NCBI GenBank assembly: GCA_041690235.1
Contig: JAWLHS010000003.1
Location: 1-47,834, forward strand
Origin: Bacteroidales bacterium
Lineage (GTDB): Bacteria > Bacteroidota > Bacteroidia > Bacteroidales > UBA7960
Reading direction: 5' to 3'
DNA length: 47,834 bases
Below, in pieces: positions 9,263-18,426 of the stretch. The stretch's first letter is position 1. Each line of letters begins with the position of its first letter. The notes below the pieces were generated by a model that worked only from the letters and a program-made list of their open reading frames with translations, made no database searches and was not told the DNA's origin. Both the position numbers and the translations under genes were made by a program.

Positions 9263-9557
9263 CTTTAATTGCTTCAAACTTTAACATGTTGACTGCCAAC
9301 AATAATATGTGTAAATATAAAACAGATGTTTGATTTATTCACATAAAAACCGAAATATTTAATAGGGAATAAATTACTCATTGAATTCGAAAACACATCG
9401 AGTTAAAAGGAAATTATTCTTATATAATCCGACCCCCAAGCGCCCCAGAGAGGCGACACATGCATATTCTTCAAAAAAAGATTGGCCAAAGTCCCAACGA
9501 ATCCATATGGCTTCGCCAAACCCAGGCCAATCTTTACCGAATCCGGACCGCGAAAAC

Positions 9558-11348
9558 CTAGTAGCGCTTCCTGGCCTGGTAATGCGTGTGCAGCAAGTCG
9601 TGGGATTTATGCCCCAGGGGCTCGTGCAGGAAGGATTTGTAAATCTCGGTCACCTCAGGATTCTCATGGGATTTGCGGATCACCAGGCTTTCATCCTCCT
9701 CATAGATCCCGGCAGCCCGCTTTTTCCGGATTTCCATATTGGTCGGGATGGGTTGTCCGCCCCCGCCGATGCACCCACTCGGGCAGGCCATGATTTCAAT
9801 AAAGTGGAAGTTGGCTTCTCCGGCTTTGATTTTGTCCATCAAGATTTTGGCATTCGCCAAACCATGGGCGATGGCTACATTGAGCTCAACACCTTCAAGG
9901 AAACTCCATTCCGGCTTCACATCCTTGATCTTAACGGATGCTTCCTTCACGCCTTCCATACCTCGTACGGGCTTGATATTTAAATTTGTAAACGGAACCT
10001 CACGGCCGGTTACTATCTCATAAGCGGTCCGGAGAGCGGCTTCCATCACACCACCCGTGGTACCGAAAATGACGGCAGCCCCTGTGGATTCCCCAAGTAT
10101 ATTGTCGTATCGTTCGTCTTCCAGTTTTTCGAAGTCAATGCCTGCCTGGTGAATCATCATTCCCAATTCACGGGTGGTGATCACAAAGTCCACATCCTTA
10201 TAGCCGCTGCCGCGCATCTCGGGGCGCTCTGCCTCAAATTTCTTGGCCACACAGGGCATGACGGAAACCACAACCATATCGGCCGGGTTCTTGTTCACTT
10301 TCTCGGCATAATAGGTCTTGGCAAGGGGACCGAACATCTGTTGAGGCGACTTGCATGTAGACAAATTGGCAAGGAAGTCCGGGTACAAATGCTCCTGAAA
10401 CTTGATCCAGCCCGGGGAACAACTGGTCATCATCGGAAGGGCCACATCTTTGCCATCGACCAGGGCATCTTTCAGCCGGGTCAGCAACTCAGTGCCTTCT
10501 TCCATAATGGTCAAATCGGCGGTAAAATCGGTATCAAGCACTTTGTCAAATCCAAGACGACGCAGGGCGGCAACCAGTTTCCCGGTGACACGGCTACCCG
10601 GCTCCATCCCAAACTCTTCGCCAATGGCAACGCGGGTTGCCGGAGCCGTCTGGACCACCACGAATTTCTTGGGATCGTATATCGCATCAAATACCTCGTC
10701 GATATAGTTCCTTTCGGTGAGGGCTGCAGTGGGGCAACGGTTGATGCACTGTCCGCAGTTCGTGCATACCACATCGTTCATGGGTTTGTCCAGGAAGGTA
10801 GAGATCTTCATCTCATTTCCCTTATTGGTCACGGCAAGGGCTGTAACGGACTGCAAATCGGTACAGGTCCGAACGCAGCGCTGGCAGCGAATACATTTGC
10901 TGTCGTCCTTTTCGATCGAGGGACTGGAAATGTCGTGAACCTTCTCCTTGTCTTTGACCAAATCAAGAAACACGTGGTCACCAATCCGATAGTCGTTCGA
11001 CAAGCTCTGCAACTCGCAACTACCGCTTTTAAAGCACTTTGTGCAATCTGCATTGTGCTCTGAGAGCAGCAATTCAACAACGTGCTTCCTGGCCTGGCGA
11101 ACCTTCATGCTGTTGGTCTGGATCTCCATGCCTTCGCTTACCGGGGTGGCACAGGATGCCGGGAGCAATCTGGCCCCCTTCTGTTCCACAACACAAACCC
11201 GGCAATTCCCTGCAACACAAAGGTCATCATGATGGCACAGGGTGGGGATCTTGAAATTTAACTGGCGGGCAGCTTCCAGAATGGTGGTGCCCTCATCCAC
11301 TGAAATCGGGATGTTGTTAATCTTCAGGTTTACTTTATATTTACTCAT
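9558..11348 (-). CDS. hydA: Second group A [FeFe]-hydrogenase catalytic subunit
   Basis: TSCSPGW, MPCVAKKFE, EIMACPSGCIGGG; same N-terminal Fe-S domain set as the first copy. Confidence 0.93.
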   Translation of the reverse strand: MSKYKVNLKINNIPISVDEGTTILEAARQLNFKIPTLCHHDDLCVAGNCRVCVVEQKGARLLPASCATPVSEGMEIQTNSMKVRQARKHVVELLLSEHNADCTKCFKSGSCELQSLSNDYRIGDHVFLDLVKDKEKVHDISSPSIEKDDSKCIRCQRCVRTCTDLQSVTALAVTNKGNEMKISTFLDKPMNDVVCTNCGQCINRCPTAALTERNYIDEVFDAIYDPKKFVVVQTAPATRVAIGEEFGMEPGSRVTGKLVAALRRLGFDKVLDTDFTADLTIMEEGTELLTRLKDALVDGKDVALPMMTSCSPGWIKFQEHLYPDFLANLSTCKSPQQMFGPLAKTYYAEKVNKNPADMVVVSVMPCVAKKFEAERPEMRGSGYKDVDFVITTRELGMMIHQAGIDFEKLEDERYDNILGESTGAAVIFGTTGGVMEAALRTAYEIVTGREVPFTNLNIKPVRGMEGVKEASVKIKDVKPEWSFLEGVELNVAIAHGLANAKILMDKIKAGEANFHFIEIMACPSGCIGGGGQPIPTNMEIRKKRAAGIYEEDESLVIRKSHENPEVTEIYKSFLHEPLGHKSHDLLHTHYQARKRY

Positions 11349-11382
11349 GGTAATATCTCCTGTTTATCGTTATTGACCGGAT

Positions 11383-12540
11383 TTAGTAAATGACCTCTTC
11401 CCGGAAGTTATTAATAATTGAGTTGAACGGGTTGGGAACCGATTGACCGAGTCCGCATTTGGAGGCGAGCCGCATGGTTTCGGACAACTTCTGCAGTTCT
11501 TCAAGGTAGGATGGGGGCTTTATCCCTTTCTTCACAGCCTCAATGCCCTTTAAAAGTTGTTGACAACCGACCCTGCAAGGGGTGCATTGCCCGCAGGATT
11601 CTTCCTCGAAAAATTCCAGGTAATCGTGAAGAATGTTGTACATGGACCGGGAGCTGTTGAAGATCATCATCGATCCACCCGTGGGTATGCCTTCAAAGCC
11701 GATCAGGGTCTCTTTGAAATGCTTGCGGGAAACGCAGAATCCGGAAGCACCACCCACCTGCACGGCCTTGGTGTCTCCATCTCCAAACTCATTGACGAAT
11801 TGCTCAAGGGTCATTCCAAGTTCAAGCTCGTAGATGCCGGCATTGGGCGTATCTCCCGAAACAGAAAAAACCTTTGATCCCCTGGAGTCAAACGTACCCA
11901 TGTCCTTGAACTGCTGAGGACCATGATGGGCAATCATCAACGCAAAAACAAGGGTCTCCACGTTATTAATGGATGTGGGCTTGCCCAGGTATCCTTTGGA
12001 GGTAGGGAATGGTGGTTTGTTGCGTGGTTCTCCCCTTTTCCCTTCCATGGATTCCATCAGCGCCGTTTCCTCTCCACAAACATAAGCTCCGCTACCTGAG
12101 CGGATAAAAACGGCAAACTCCACGTTCCGCTCCTTCATTTGTTTATTAAAGGCCGCCACACGCTCATTCAACATGGGAAGCATGAAATTATACTCCGCAC
12201 GAAGGTATATGTACCCCTCACTGGCGCCAATGCAAAAGCCGCAAAGTGCCATCCCTGCGAGGACCTTTTCAGGAACCTGGGTCAGAATCTCCCGGTCCTT
12301 GAAGGTTCCGGGTTCCCCCTCGTCGGCATTGCAGATCACATATTTCTGTTCAGATTCTTCATTTTTGGCGAACTTCCACTTCAAGCCCGTCGGGAACCCT
12401 GCTCCTCCCCTGCCACGAAGTCCGGAGTCAATCACATCCAGGATAATTTCGTCCTCGGTGCGTTGAAAAGATTTGTCCAGAATGGCAAGGTGATCTACCT
12501 GATCAAAAATGAGATCAACTTTTTTTATCTTATTTTCCAT
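11383..12540 (-). CDS. hydB: Short NuoF-like NADH/FMN-binding subunit (non-bifurcating-type HydB)
   Basis: GLRGRGGAGFPTG, NADEGEPGTFKDR, GAYVCGEET, GGASG, CGQCTPCRVG; lacks N-terminal 2Fe-2S and C-terminal ferredoxin domains (385 aa). Confidence 0.88.
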   Translation of the reverse strand: MENKIKKVDLIFDQVDHLAILDKSFQRTEDEIILDVIDSGLRGRGGAGFPTGLKWKFAKNEESEQKYVICNADEGEPGTFKDREILTQVPEKVLAGMALCGFCIGASEGYIYLRAEYNFMLPMLNERVAAFNKQMKERNVEFAVFIRSGSGAYVCGEETALMESMEGKRGEPRNKPPFPTSKGYLGKPTSINNVETLVFALMIAHHGPQQFKDMGTFDSRGSKVFSVSGDTPNAGIYELELGMTLEQFVNEFGDGDTKAVQVGGASGFCVSRKHFKETLIGFEGIPTGGSMMIFNSSRSMYNILHDYLEFFEEESCGQCTPCRVGCQQLLKGIEAVKKGIKPPSYLEELQKLSETMRLASKCGLGQSVPNPFNSIINNFREEVIY

Positions 12541-12594
12541 AACGCTGTTGATTTACTTTTTCGTTTTAAAATTTTTTCCGGTTCAAATAATGGT

Positions 12595-13062
12595 TCAGCC
12601 TTTTTTCAGGTATCCGCCAATAATTTCGACCGCTTTTTCAGGGCTGATCTCCGGATAAACCTCATCGTTTACCAGCATAACGGGGCCCTTATGGCACCAG
12701 CCAAGGCAATTGGCCTGGAGCAAACTGAACATCCCGTCGGATGTGGTTTCACCGACCTTGATCTTCAGCATATCTTCGAGCACATCGACAATGGCATCCT
12801 TGCCTTTCATGTGGCAGGTGATGGTCTTGCAGATACGAATAATATGCTTGCCCCTGGGCTTTGTATCCATGAAGGTGTAAAAAGAGGCCGTACCATATAC
12901 ATCAGCGGCGCTCAGGTCGAGCTCCCTGGCAATGGCAATCATGGCTTCTTCCGAAAGAAACCGCTCCGATTGAACCACAGCCTGGAGAACAGGCATCAGA
13001 CTGTCGCGGCGACGGCCGTACTTATCGGCCTGCTCTTTTACGAACGCATCAATTTTAGTCAT
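12595..13062 (-). CDS. hydC: NuoE-like [2Fe-2S] subunit (HydC)
   Basis: VYGTASFYTF, CKTITC...CLGWC. Confidence 0.88.
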   Translation of the reverse strand: MTKIDAFVKEQADKYGRRRDSLMPVLQAVVQSERFLSEEAMIAIARELDLSAADVYGTASFYTFMDTKPRGKHIIRICKTITCHMKGKDAIVDVLEDMLKIKVGETTSDGMFSLLQANCLGWCHKGPVMLVNDEVYPEISPEKAVEIIGGYLKKG

Positions 13063-13124
13063 GTTTTTCCCTTTCCGATTTAATGTGACGTTAATTATTG
13101 TTGGAAATCAGTTATTTTTCGGCC

Positions 13125-13132
13125 CAAAATTA
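13125..13132 (-). promoter_or_regulatory. Bacteroidota -7 element for hydC-hydB-hydA
   Basis: Reverse complement TAATTTTG, about 60 bp upstream of the 13062 start, in AT-rich intergenic DNA. Confidence 0.5.
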
Positions 13133-13295
13133 ACAAGAGGTTTTGAATTAAATAATTTTTTCTTTAATAATTTTCCGTTCCGGTGGCAATTTAGAAGCAA
13201 ACTAAATAAATATTTCTTCAATAACCGCGCAAAACACGGGTTATCAGCTTATTAAAATAAATAAATAATCTGGAGTTAAACAAGAAGGGCAATCC

Positions 13296-13742
13296 CTAAG
13301 ACCGATTAATGATGGAAATGATTTCTTCGGCCGACCTTCGGACAGTCCCGGAAAGGCTTTCTCCAACCCGCATATCACCAGGCTGAACCCCGATCACCCA
13401 GGTTTCTGAATCAAAAAATGCCGACAGCCTCTGGAGGGATATATTGTGGCTGTGAAGGCTTGTTTCCACCACCTGCCCGATGGGGATGGGCTTCCAGAAT
13501 CCGGGGGGTTCCCAAAATTCTACGCAATCAAGAATAAGCAGCAGGTCTGGTTTCTCCCTGGTTATGGCAGAGATGTACCGCTCCAATCCGGATTCCGGAA
13601 TGAGGACCACCCAATTGTCGCGTGTTTTAATCCGGGCGGCAATAAAGGGCCCGACTCCGTCATCATTGCGAAGGACATTGCCAATGCCGGCAAATACGAT
13701 ACGAAGGTCCGGATCGGAAAGGCGGGGAAGAATTTTTTCCAT
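13296..13742 (-). CDS. hycI: Hydrogenase maturation endopeptidase (HycI-like)
   Basis: GIGNVLRNDDGVG, LILDC, HSHNISL, IGVQP. Confidence 0.85.
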   Translation of the reverse strand: MEKILPRLSDPDLRIVFAGIGNVLRNDDGVGPFIAARIKTRDNWVVLIPESGLERYISAITREKPDLLLILDCVEFWEPPGFWKPIPIGQVVETSLHSHNISLQRLSAFFDSETWVIGVQPGDMRVGESLSGTVRRSAEEIISIINRS

Positions 13743-13765
13743 CAATCATTTAGGCCTGAAGAAGA

Positions 13766-14377
13766 CTAAAGCAAATCCTTAACCAGAACCTGGCGGAGGC
13801 AGTTCGGGCAAACAATATTGAACATATCCTTCCTTTTCAAATGATCGATCACTTTGACCCGGGTGTCCTGCGGCGCAGCAAGTTTTAACCGCTCGTTCAA
13901 ATGATTCAGATTCATCATGGAAGAAAAGGCTTTGGGGCCAAGTGTTTCATGGATAAAGGAAAAATGCGCGCGGGTTGTAATAACGGCCTGGCAGGACTGA
14001 CAAAGGATCAATTCCCGTTCCTGGGTCTCAACCAGGCTGTTCCTGTCGAAGGTGGAAAGGTCGAACAAGGTTTCCGAAAGGGCCACCCCCTTGCCGGTAA
14101 TGCAATGCGCCTCACATTGTCCGCAAAAGATGCACCGGCCATAATCCCTTGTGATGGTTCTGATCCCACGAACAGGATCGTCAACGAACTGAATGGCCCC
14201 CGGCGGACAAACATTGGCGCAGGTTTCACATCCAACGCAATGGTCCTCATCAACCACGGGCTTTCCCCTGAATTTCTCAAAGGGGGTATGTGCCTCCTGG
14301 GGAAAACGCGAAGTGTAGGCCGGTGAAATGAGCGAAACAACGGCTTCCCTGATTTCTCTGATTTTAGGATACTTCAT
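13766..14377 (-). CDS. NuoI/HycF-like 2x[4Fe-4S] subunit with extra C-terminal CxxC...CxxC site
   Basis: FRGKP, CVGCETCANVCP, CIFCGQCEAHC, plus CQSC and CPNC. Confidence 0.85.
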   Translation of the reverse strand: MKYPKIREIREAVVSLISPAYTSRFPQEAHTPFEKFRGKPVVDEDHCVGCETCANVCPPGAIQFVDDPVRGIRTITRDYGRCIFCGQCEAHCITGKGVALSETLFDLSTFDRNSLVETQERELILCQSCQAVITTRAHFSFIHETLGPKAFSSMMNLNHLNERLKLAAPQDTRVKVIDHLKRKDMFNIVCPNCLRQVLVKDLL

Positions 14378-14378
14378 G

Positions 14379-14798
14379 TCAAAATTGATTTTCCCCGTTC
14401 ACCTGCTTTTTGGGTTTCTCCGGGGTGTCTCCTTCGGGCTTTTCCCCTGAGGCCACACCATCCGACTCCATGCTTAAAAGCTTTTTTTTATAATCGTCCG
14501 CCACACTTTTTTCCCATAGCCCGAATCCATAATGATAGGCCCCCCTTGCAAGGGAGTGCGCTGCAACCGTTGATGCCAGGAACAAAAGGGGGATGGAGAC
14601 CAGCGCTTTGATGCCGATCTCTGAGAACCCGAATTTGACAAAAACCCCGAGCAGAATGCACCAGGTTCCCAGGGTAACGCATTTGGTAGCAGACTGAAGC
14701 CGGTTATAGACATCAGGAAAACGTAGCAGGCCCAGGCATCCGAAAAAATCAAAAAGGATGCCGATACAGATCAATACGATGCTAATGGTTTCACTCAT
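14379..14798 (-). CDS. mnhG: MrpG/MnhG (MbhC-like) subunit
   Basis: GLLRFPDVYNRLQSATKCVTLG, AAHSLARGAY. Confidence 0.88.
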   Translation of the reverse strand: MSETISIVLICIGILFDFFGCLGLLRFPDVYNRLQSATKCVTLGTWCILLGVFVKFGFSEIGIKALVSIPLLFLASTVAAHSLARGAYHYGFGLWEKSVADDYKKKLLSMESDGVASGEKPEGDTPEKPKKQVNGENQF

Positions 14799-15057
14799 TG
14801 AGTTTATTCCTCCCTAAATATTTAGCCAATGTCAGTGTTCCGATAAAACTTAAAATAATCCAGGCAATGCCGATATCCAGAATAAACATTCTATCGGTCT
14901 TCATGGCAATGATGGCGGTAATGCCCACCACAAGGATGCCCAGGATATCGATGCCAACCATGCGATCGGCCATGGTGGGGCCTTTAATGACCCTGTAAAG
15001 GCAAAGAAAGCACATGCCAACCAGGGGGTAAAGAAAATAATGGTACATAGGGCTCAT
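14791..15057 (-). CDS. mnhF: MrpF/MnhF (MbhB-like) subunit
   Basis: RVIKGPTMADRMVGIDIL, LSFIGTLTLAKYL. Confidence 0.88.
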   Translation of the reverse strand: MSPMYHYFLYPLVGMCFLCLYRVIKGPTMADRMVGIDILGILVVGITAIIAMKTDRMFILDIGIAWIILSFIGTLTLAKYLGRNKLNE

Positions 15058-15539
15058 TCAAAAATCCTCCTGATATATTTTTCAAACCTGCCGCAGATTT
15101 TCCCGGAATACACCTCAGAGTCCATACTGCTCACATAAATCCAGTGTATGTAAATGTAATCGCCGATAATATCAATGGTGATGGTGCCCGGGGTCATGGT
15201 TATGGAGTTGGCAAGCATGGTTTTGGCCATATCCGTCTGCACATTCAGTCTGACTTTCACGATCCCGGGCCTGATCGGGAGGGCGGGGTGCAGCACCCTG
15301 TAAGCCACATCGAAGTTGGCTTTTATGCACTCCCAAAGAAAAACAAATAAAAAAGCGAGGGCCCATAAATACCTGCCGGGTTGCAGGACCTTCCGGCTTC
15401 CCCATGGAAAATACTTTCCGAAAACCACCACGGCCAGCAGAGAAGAAAGTCCGCCGACCAGGAGACTATCCGGCTTCAGGTTGAAGGTAAACAACAACCA
15501 GACAATCATGAGCAAAAGAAATATGGCCAAATACCTCAT
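15054..15539 (-). CDS. mnhE: MrpE/MnhE (MbhA-like) subunit
   Basis: KANFDVAYRVL, PGIV, LANSITMTPGT, IYIHW. Confidence 0.9.
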   Translation of the reverse strand: MRYLAIFLLLMIVWLLFTFNLKPDSLLVGGLSSLLAVVVFGKYFPWGSRKVLQPGRYLWALAFLFVFLWECIKANFDVAYRVLHPALPIRPGIVKVRLNVQTDMAKTMLANSITMTPGTITIDIIGDYIYIHWIYVSSMDSEVYSGKICGRFEKYIRRIFE

Positions 15540-17077
15540 AACGGAAGTCCTAAAATTGGTTTTGAATAGTCAAGGGTATTAATCAGGACATCCACGGCCG
15601 GTGTCAGAAAAATGTCCCTGAAAAACGGAATGATCAAAAGACTAAGTCCCAGGCAGAGCAGGGCAAGGATGACCATGGAGAAACCCATGCTGAAAGGGGC
15701 CTCTCCGAATACTTTTTTGTCTTTGAATCTTGGTATTCCTGAAAAGACATACCGATGAACCTTCATAAAGGAGGCCAGGGTCACTATGCTGACAATGACA
15801 GCCAGCACCGCCATTAAATAAAACCGGCCCTGAACAGCAGCAATGATAATCAGTAATTTACTAAAGAACCCATTGAAGGGGGGGATGCCTGATATGGCCA
15901 TTGAGGCACTGAAAGAGGTGGAGGCCGTTAATGGCATATTCCCGGAAAGTCCGCCGAGTTCCCGCAGCATCCGGGTTCCGGTTTTATATTCAACCGCCCC
16001 GGAATTCAGGAAAAGCAAGCCCTTAAATACGGCATGATTGACCATATGAAATAAACCGCCAAGGATGGCCAGCGCAGCGACTCCGGGGTTTCCGCCAACC
16101 GAAAGGATCACCATTCCCATCCCGAGCCCGAGCATCACATACCCCATCTGACTGATGCTGTGGTAAGCCAGTAACCGCTTAAAGTCCCATTGTCCAATCG
16201 CCAGCAGCACCCCACCAACCATTGAAACGGTACCGACAACGGCAATCAGCATAGCGGCCTGGTAATTCAACTCGAACACATTGAAGAACAAGCGCATGAT
16301 GCAGTATATACCGACAGCCTTGATCAATACGCCGGAAAGCATCGCAGAGATAGGGGCCGGCGCAGAAGAGTGGGCATCGGGAAGCCAGGCATGGAAAGGA
16401 ATCATTGCCGCCTTCAGCCCAAATCCGGCAATAAACAGGATCTGAACAAATTGAAGCGAAGCCATTTGCCCGTTTTCCTTTAACAGCATGGAAATATCCG
16501 CCATGTTAAGCGATCCTGTTTGCCAGTAAAGGATGGCCACCCCAAGCAAAATAAGCAAGGAGGCCAGGCCTCCCAGGACCTGGTATTTGAAGGAAGCTTC
16601 CAGCTCATCCTTTTCAATGCCAAAGGCAACCAGGGCATAACTGGAAATAACGGCGATCTCCAGGAAGATAAACAGATTGAACAAATCACCAGTAATCACC
16701 ACGCCATTCATGCCCGCAACCATCAGGCAAAACAGGGAATAGAAGTACCTGTTTCCGGTAAATTTCCGGATATATGACACGGAATAAAAGCAGGCGAGGA
16801 AACCGATCAGGTTGATGATGGAGAGCATCAACACACTGAGCCCGTCCACCACAAAATGAATGCCCACCGGAATGCCGTCGATCAATTCCCATCCCCCGAC
16901 ATGATATACAAGGACCCCTTCCTCCCTGAAGAAAAGAAGCAGGCTGAAGGCACTAAGGACAAACATCAGCAATGGGGAGACCACCTTGGGAAGGGGTTTC
17001 CAGAACCCGGTCAGGACCGGGATGATGAAAGCCCCTGTAAGCGGCAGGATCACAAACAAAGGGATTAAAAGCAACAT
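15536..17077 (-). CDS. mnhD: MrpD/MbhH antiporter-like subunit
   Basis: DLFNLFIFLEI (TM5 Glu), LKAAMIPFHAWLPDAH, SGVLIK, KRLLAYHSISQMGY, FFSK. Confidence 0.9.
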   Translation of the reverse strand: MLLLIPLFVILPLTGAFIIPVLTGFWKPLPKVVSPLLMFVLSAFSLLLFFREEGVLVYHVGGWELIDGIPVGIHFVVDGLSVLMLSIINLIGFLACFYSVSYIRKFTGNRYFYSLFCLMVAGMNGVVITGDLFNLFIFLEIAVISSYALVAFGIEKDELEASFKYQVLGGLASLLILLGVAILYWQTGSLNMADISMLLKENGQMASLQFVQILFIAGFGLKAAMIPFHAWLPDAHSSAPAPISAMLSGVLIKAVGIYCIMRLFFNVFELNYQAAMLIAVVGTVSMVGGVLLAIGQWDFKRLLAYHSISQMGYVMLGLGMGMVILSVGGNPGVAALAILGGLFHMVNHAVFKGLLFLNSGAVEYKTGTRMLRELGGLSGNMPLTASTSFSASMAISGIPPFNGFFSKLLIIIAAVQGRFYLMAVLAVIVSIVTLASFMKVHRYVFSGIPRFKDKKVFGEAPFSMGFSMVILALLCLGLSLLIIPFFRDIFLTPAVDVLINTLDYSKPILGLPL

Positions 17078-17081
17078 CTCA

Positions 17082-17420
17082 CTAACCTTTTAATTGTTTA
17101 ATTTCCCTGATATCAAACGTTCCGTGCTTTTTATACACCCTGATGGCGATGGCAAGCAACATCGCCGTAGTGGCCAGGCCAATCACAATGACCGTTAACA
17201 CCATGGCCTGTGGGAGCGGATCCACAAAGCTGGTCCCTTCATGCCCCCTGATCAGAATGGGGGCGTCACCACCTTCAATGTAACCGACCAAAACAAGGAG
17301 GAGATTCAGGCTGTATTCCATGATACATATGCCCAATACGATCTTGATCACATTTCGGCGGGTAATGACCCCGTAAAGGCCCACCAAAAAAAGCAAGAAA
17401 CACAAAATGTAAAGGGTCAT
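17082..17420 (-). CDS. mnhC: MrpC/MbhG (NuoK-like) subunit
   Basis: VDPLPQAMVLTVIVIG. Confidence 0.9.
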   Translation of the reverse strand: MTLYILCFLLFLVGLYGVITRRNVIKIVLGICIMEYSLNLLLVLVGYIEGGDAPILIRGHEGTSFVDPLPQAMVLTVIVIGLATTAMLLAIAIRVYKKHGTFDIREIKQLKG

Positions 17421-17860
17421 TTCTCCTCCTCTTTAAAGATTACAAATGCAAGAAAAACGGTAAAAAGAGCGGCGGCCACCTCCAGGCCAATCAATAGATT
17501 GAAAACAGGAATGATCCCGGCGCTGACCAACTCTCCGACAACGCCCCGGGCAAGGAAATTCGCAAAAAACACCTTGCTGCCCAGCACCATTCCCAGGACC
17601 CCGGCAAGCAAAAAGGCCAGAATGGCCATATTCTCAAGTGCAGAAGAGCCTTCCTTAACCCGGCGCAGATGCATCATGTCGTCTCCAAAAGCAAGAACAA
17701 GCAAAATAAAGGAGCCCGCGATCACGGTGCCCCCGGCAAATCCCCCTCCCGGAGTCAGGTGGCCATGGGTTACCAGGTAGATTCCAAAAACGAATACCAC
17801 CCCACTGATCAGGCGTGCTACTGTTTTAACGATGCCGGTCATTCCTTTCTCCATGGTCAT
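17417..17860 (-). CDS. mnhB: MrpB/MbhF subunit
   Basis: HGHLTPGGGFAGG, IGLEV. Confidence 0.9.
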   Translation of the reverse strand: MTMEKGMTGIVKTVARLISGVVFVFGIYLVTHGHLTPGGGFAGGTVIAGSFILLVLAFGDDMMHLRRVKEGSSALENMAILAFLLAGVLGMVLGSKVFFANFLARGVVGELVSAGIIPVFNLLIGLEVAAALFTVFLAFVIFKEEEK

Positions 17861-18414
17861 TTCCTCCCTTTAAGTCTCAAAACCGTGAGAATCCCCATTA
17901 CGGCGGTAATCAAAATGGTGGCTTCCCCAAGGGTGTCATACGCCCGGAAATCAAACAGGATGCCAGCCACCAGGTTGGCACTCCCGGTAAGCTCAGCGCC
18001 TTTCTCAATATAGGCGGAGGCCATTCTCAGTTGGTGAATTCCAAAAGGATTCAGTCCGGAAACCGCCAGGTTGAAAAAATACAGCAGGGCCGCAACAAAC
18101 ACCAGTCCGGTGATAAAATAAACCGCGGAACCAAGGTTCACATAACGAACGCCCTCCACACGAATGGTGGTTTTCTCGGAAAGGTCCTCCCGGGTACTGA
18201 TCCGGATAACCGCTATCATAATGATCAGGGTAACGATTTCAACCACAATCTGGGCAATGGCCAGATCAGGCGCTTTCAGAAGCAGAAAACAAATCACCAG
18301 TCCGAATCCGGTAACCCCGTAAGAGATGACTGCCGAAAGCAAATCGCCCGCATGCAGGGTATAGATCGAACCGGCGATCATCAGGATGATTATGACGGCA
18401 AGAAGCACTTCCAT
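17857..18414 (-). CDS. DUF4040 (MbhD)-MbhE fusion, equivalent to the MrpA C-terminal part
   Basis: LKAPDLAIAQIVVE (DUF4040) followed by NLVAGILFDFRAYDTLGE (MbhE/MrpA C-terminal motif). Confidence 0.85.
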   Translation of the reverse strand: MEVLLAVIIILMIAGSIYTLHAGDLLSAVISYGVTGFGLVICFLLLKAPDLAIAQIVVEIVTLIIMIAVIRISTREDLSEKTTIRVEGVRYVNLGSAVYFITGLVFVAALLYFFNLAVSGLNPFGIHQLRMASAYIEKGAELTGSANLVAGILFDFRAYDTLGEATILITAVMGILTVLRLKGRK

Positions 18415-18426
18415 AATAAAAGACGT

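Noticed and set aside
9381-9983. 200-aa plus-strand ORF
   Set aside because: Mostly antisense to hydA-2, TTG start in AT-rich DNA, no motifs.
13063-13295. Rex box upstream of hydCBA-2
   Set aside because: Only half-site-like matches in AT-rich sequence; no convincing 18-bp palindrome.
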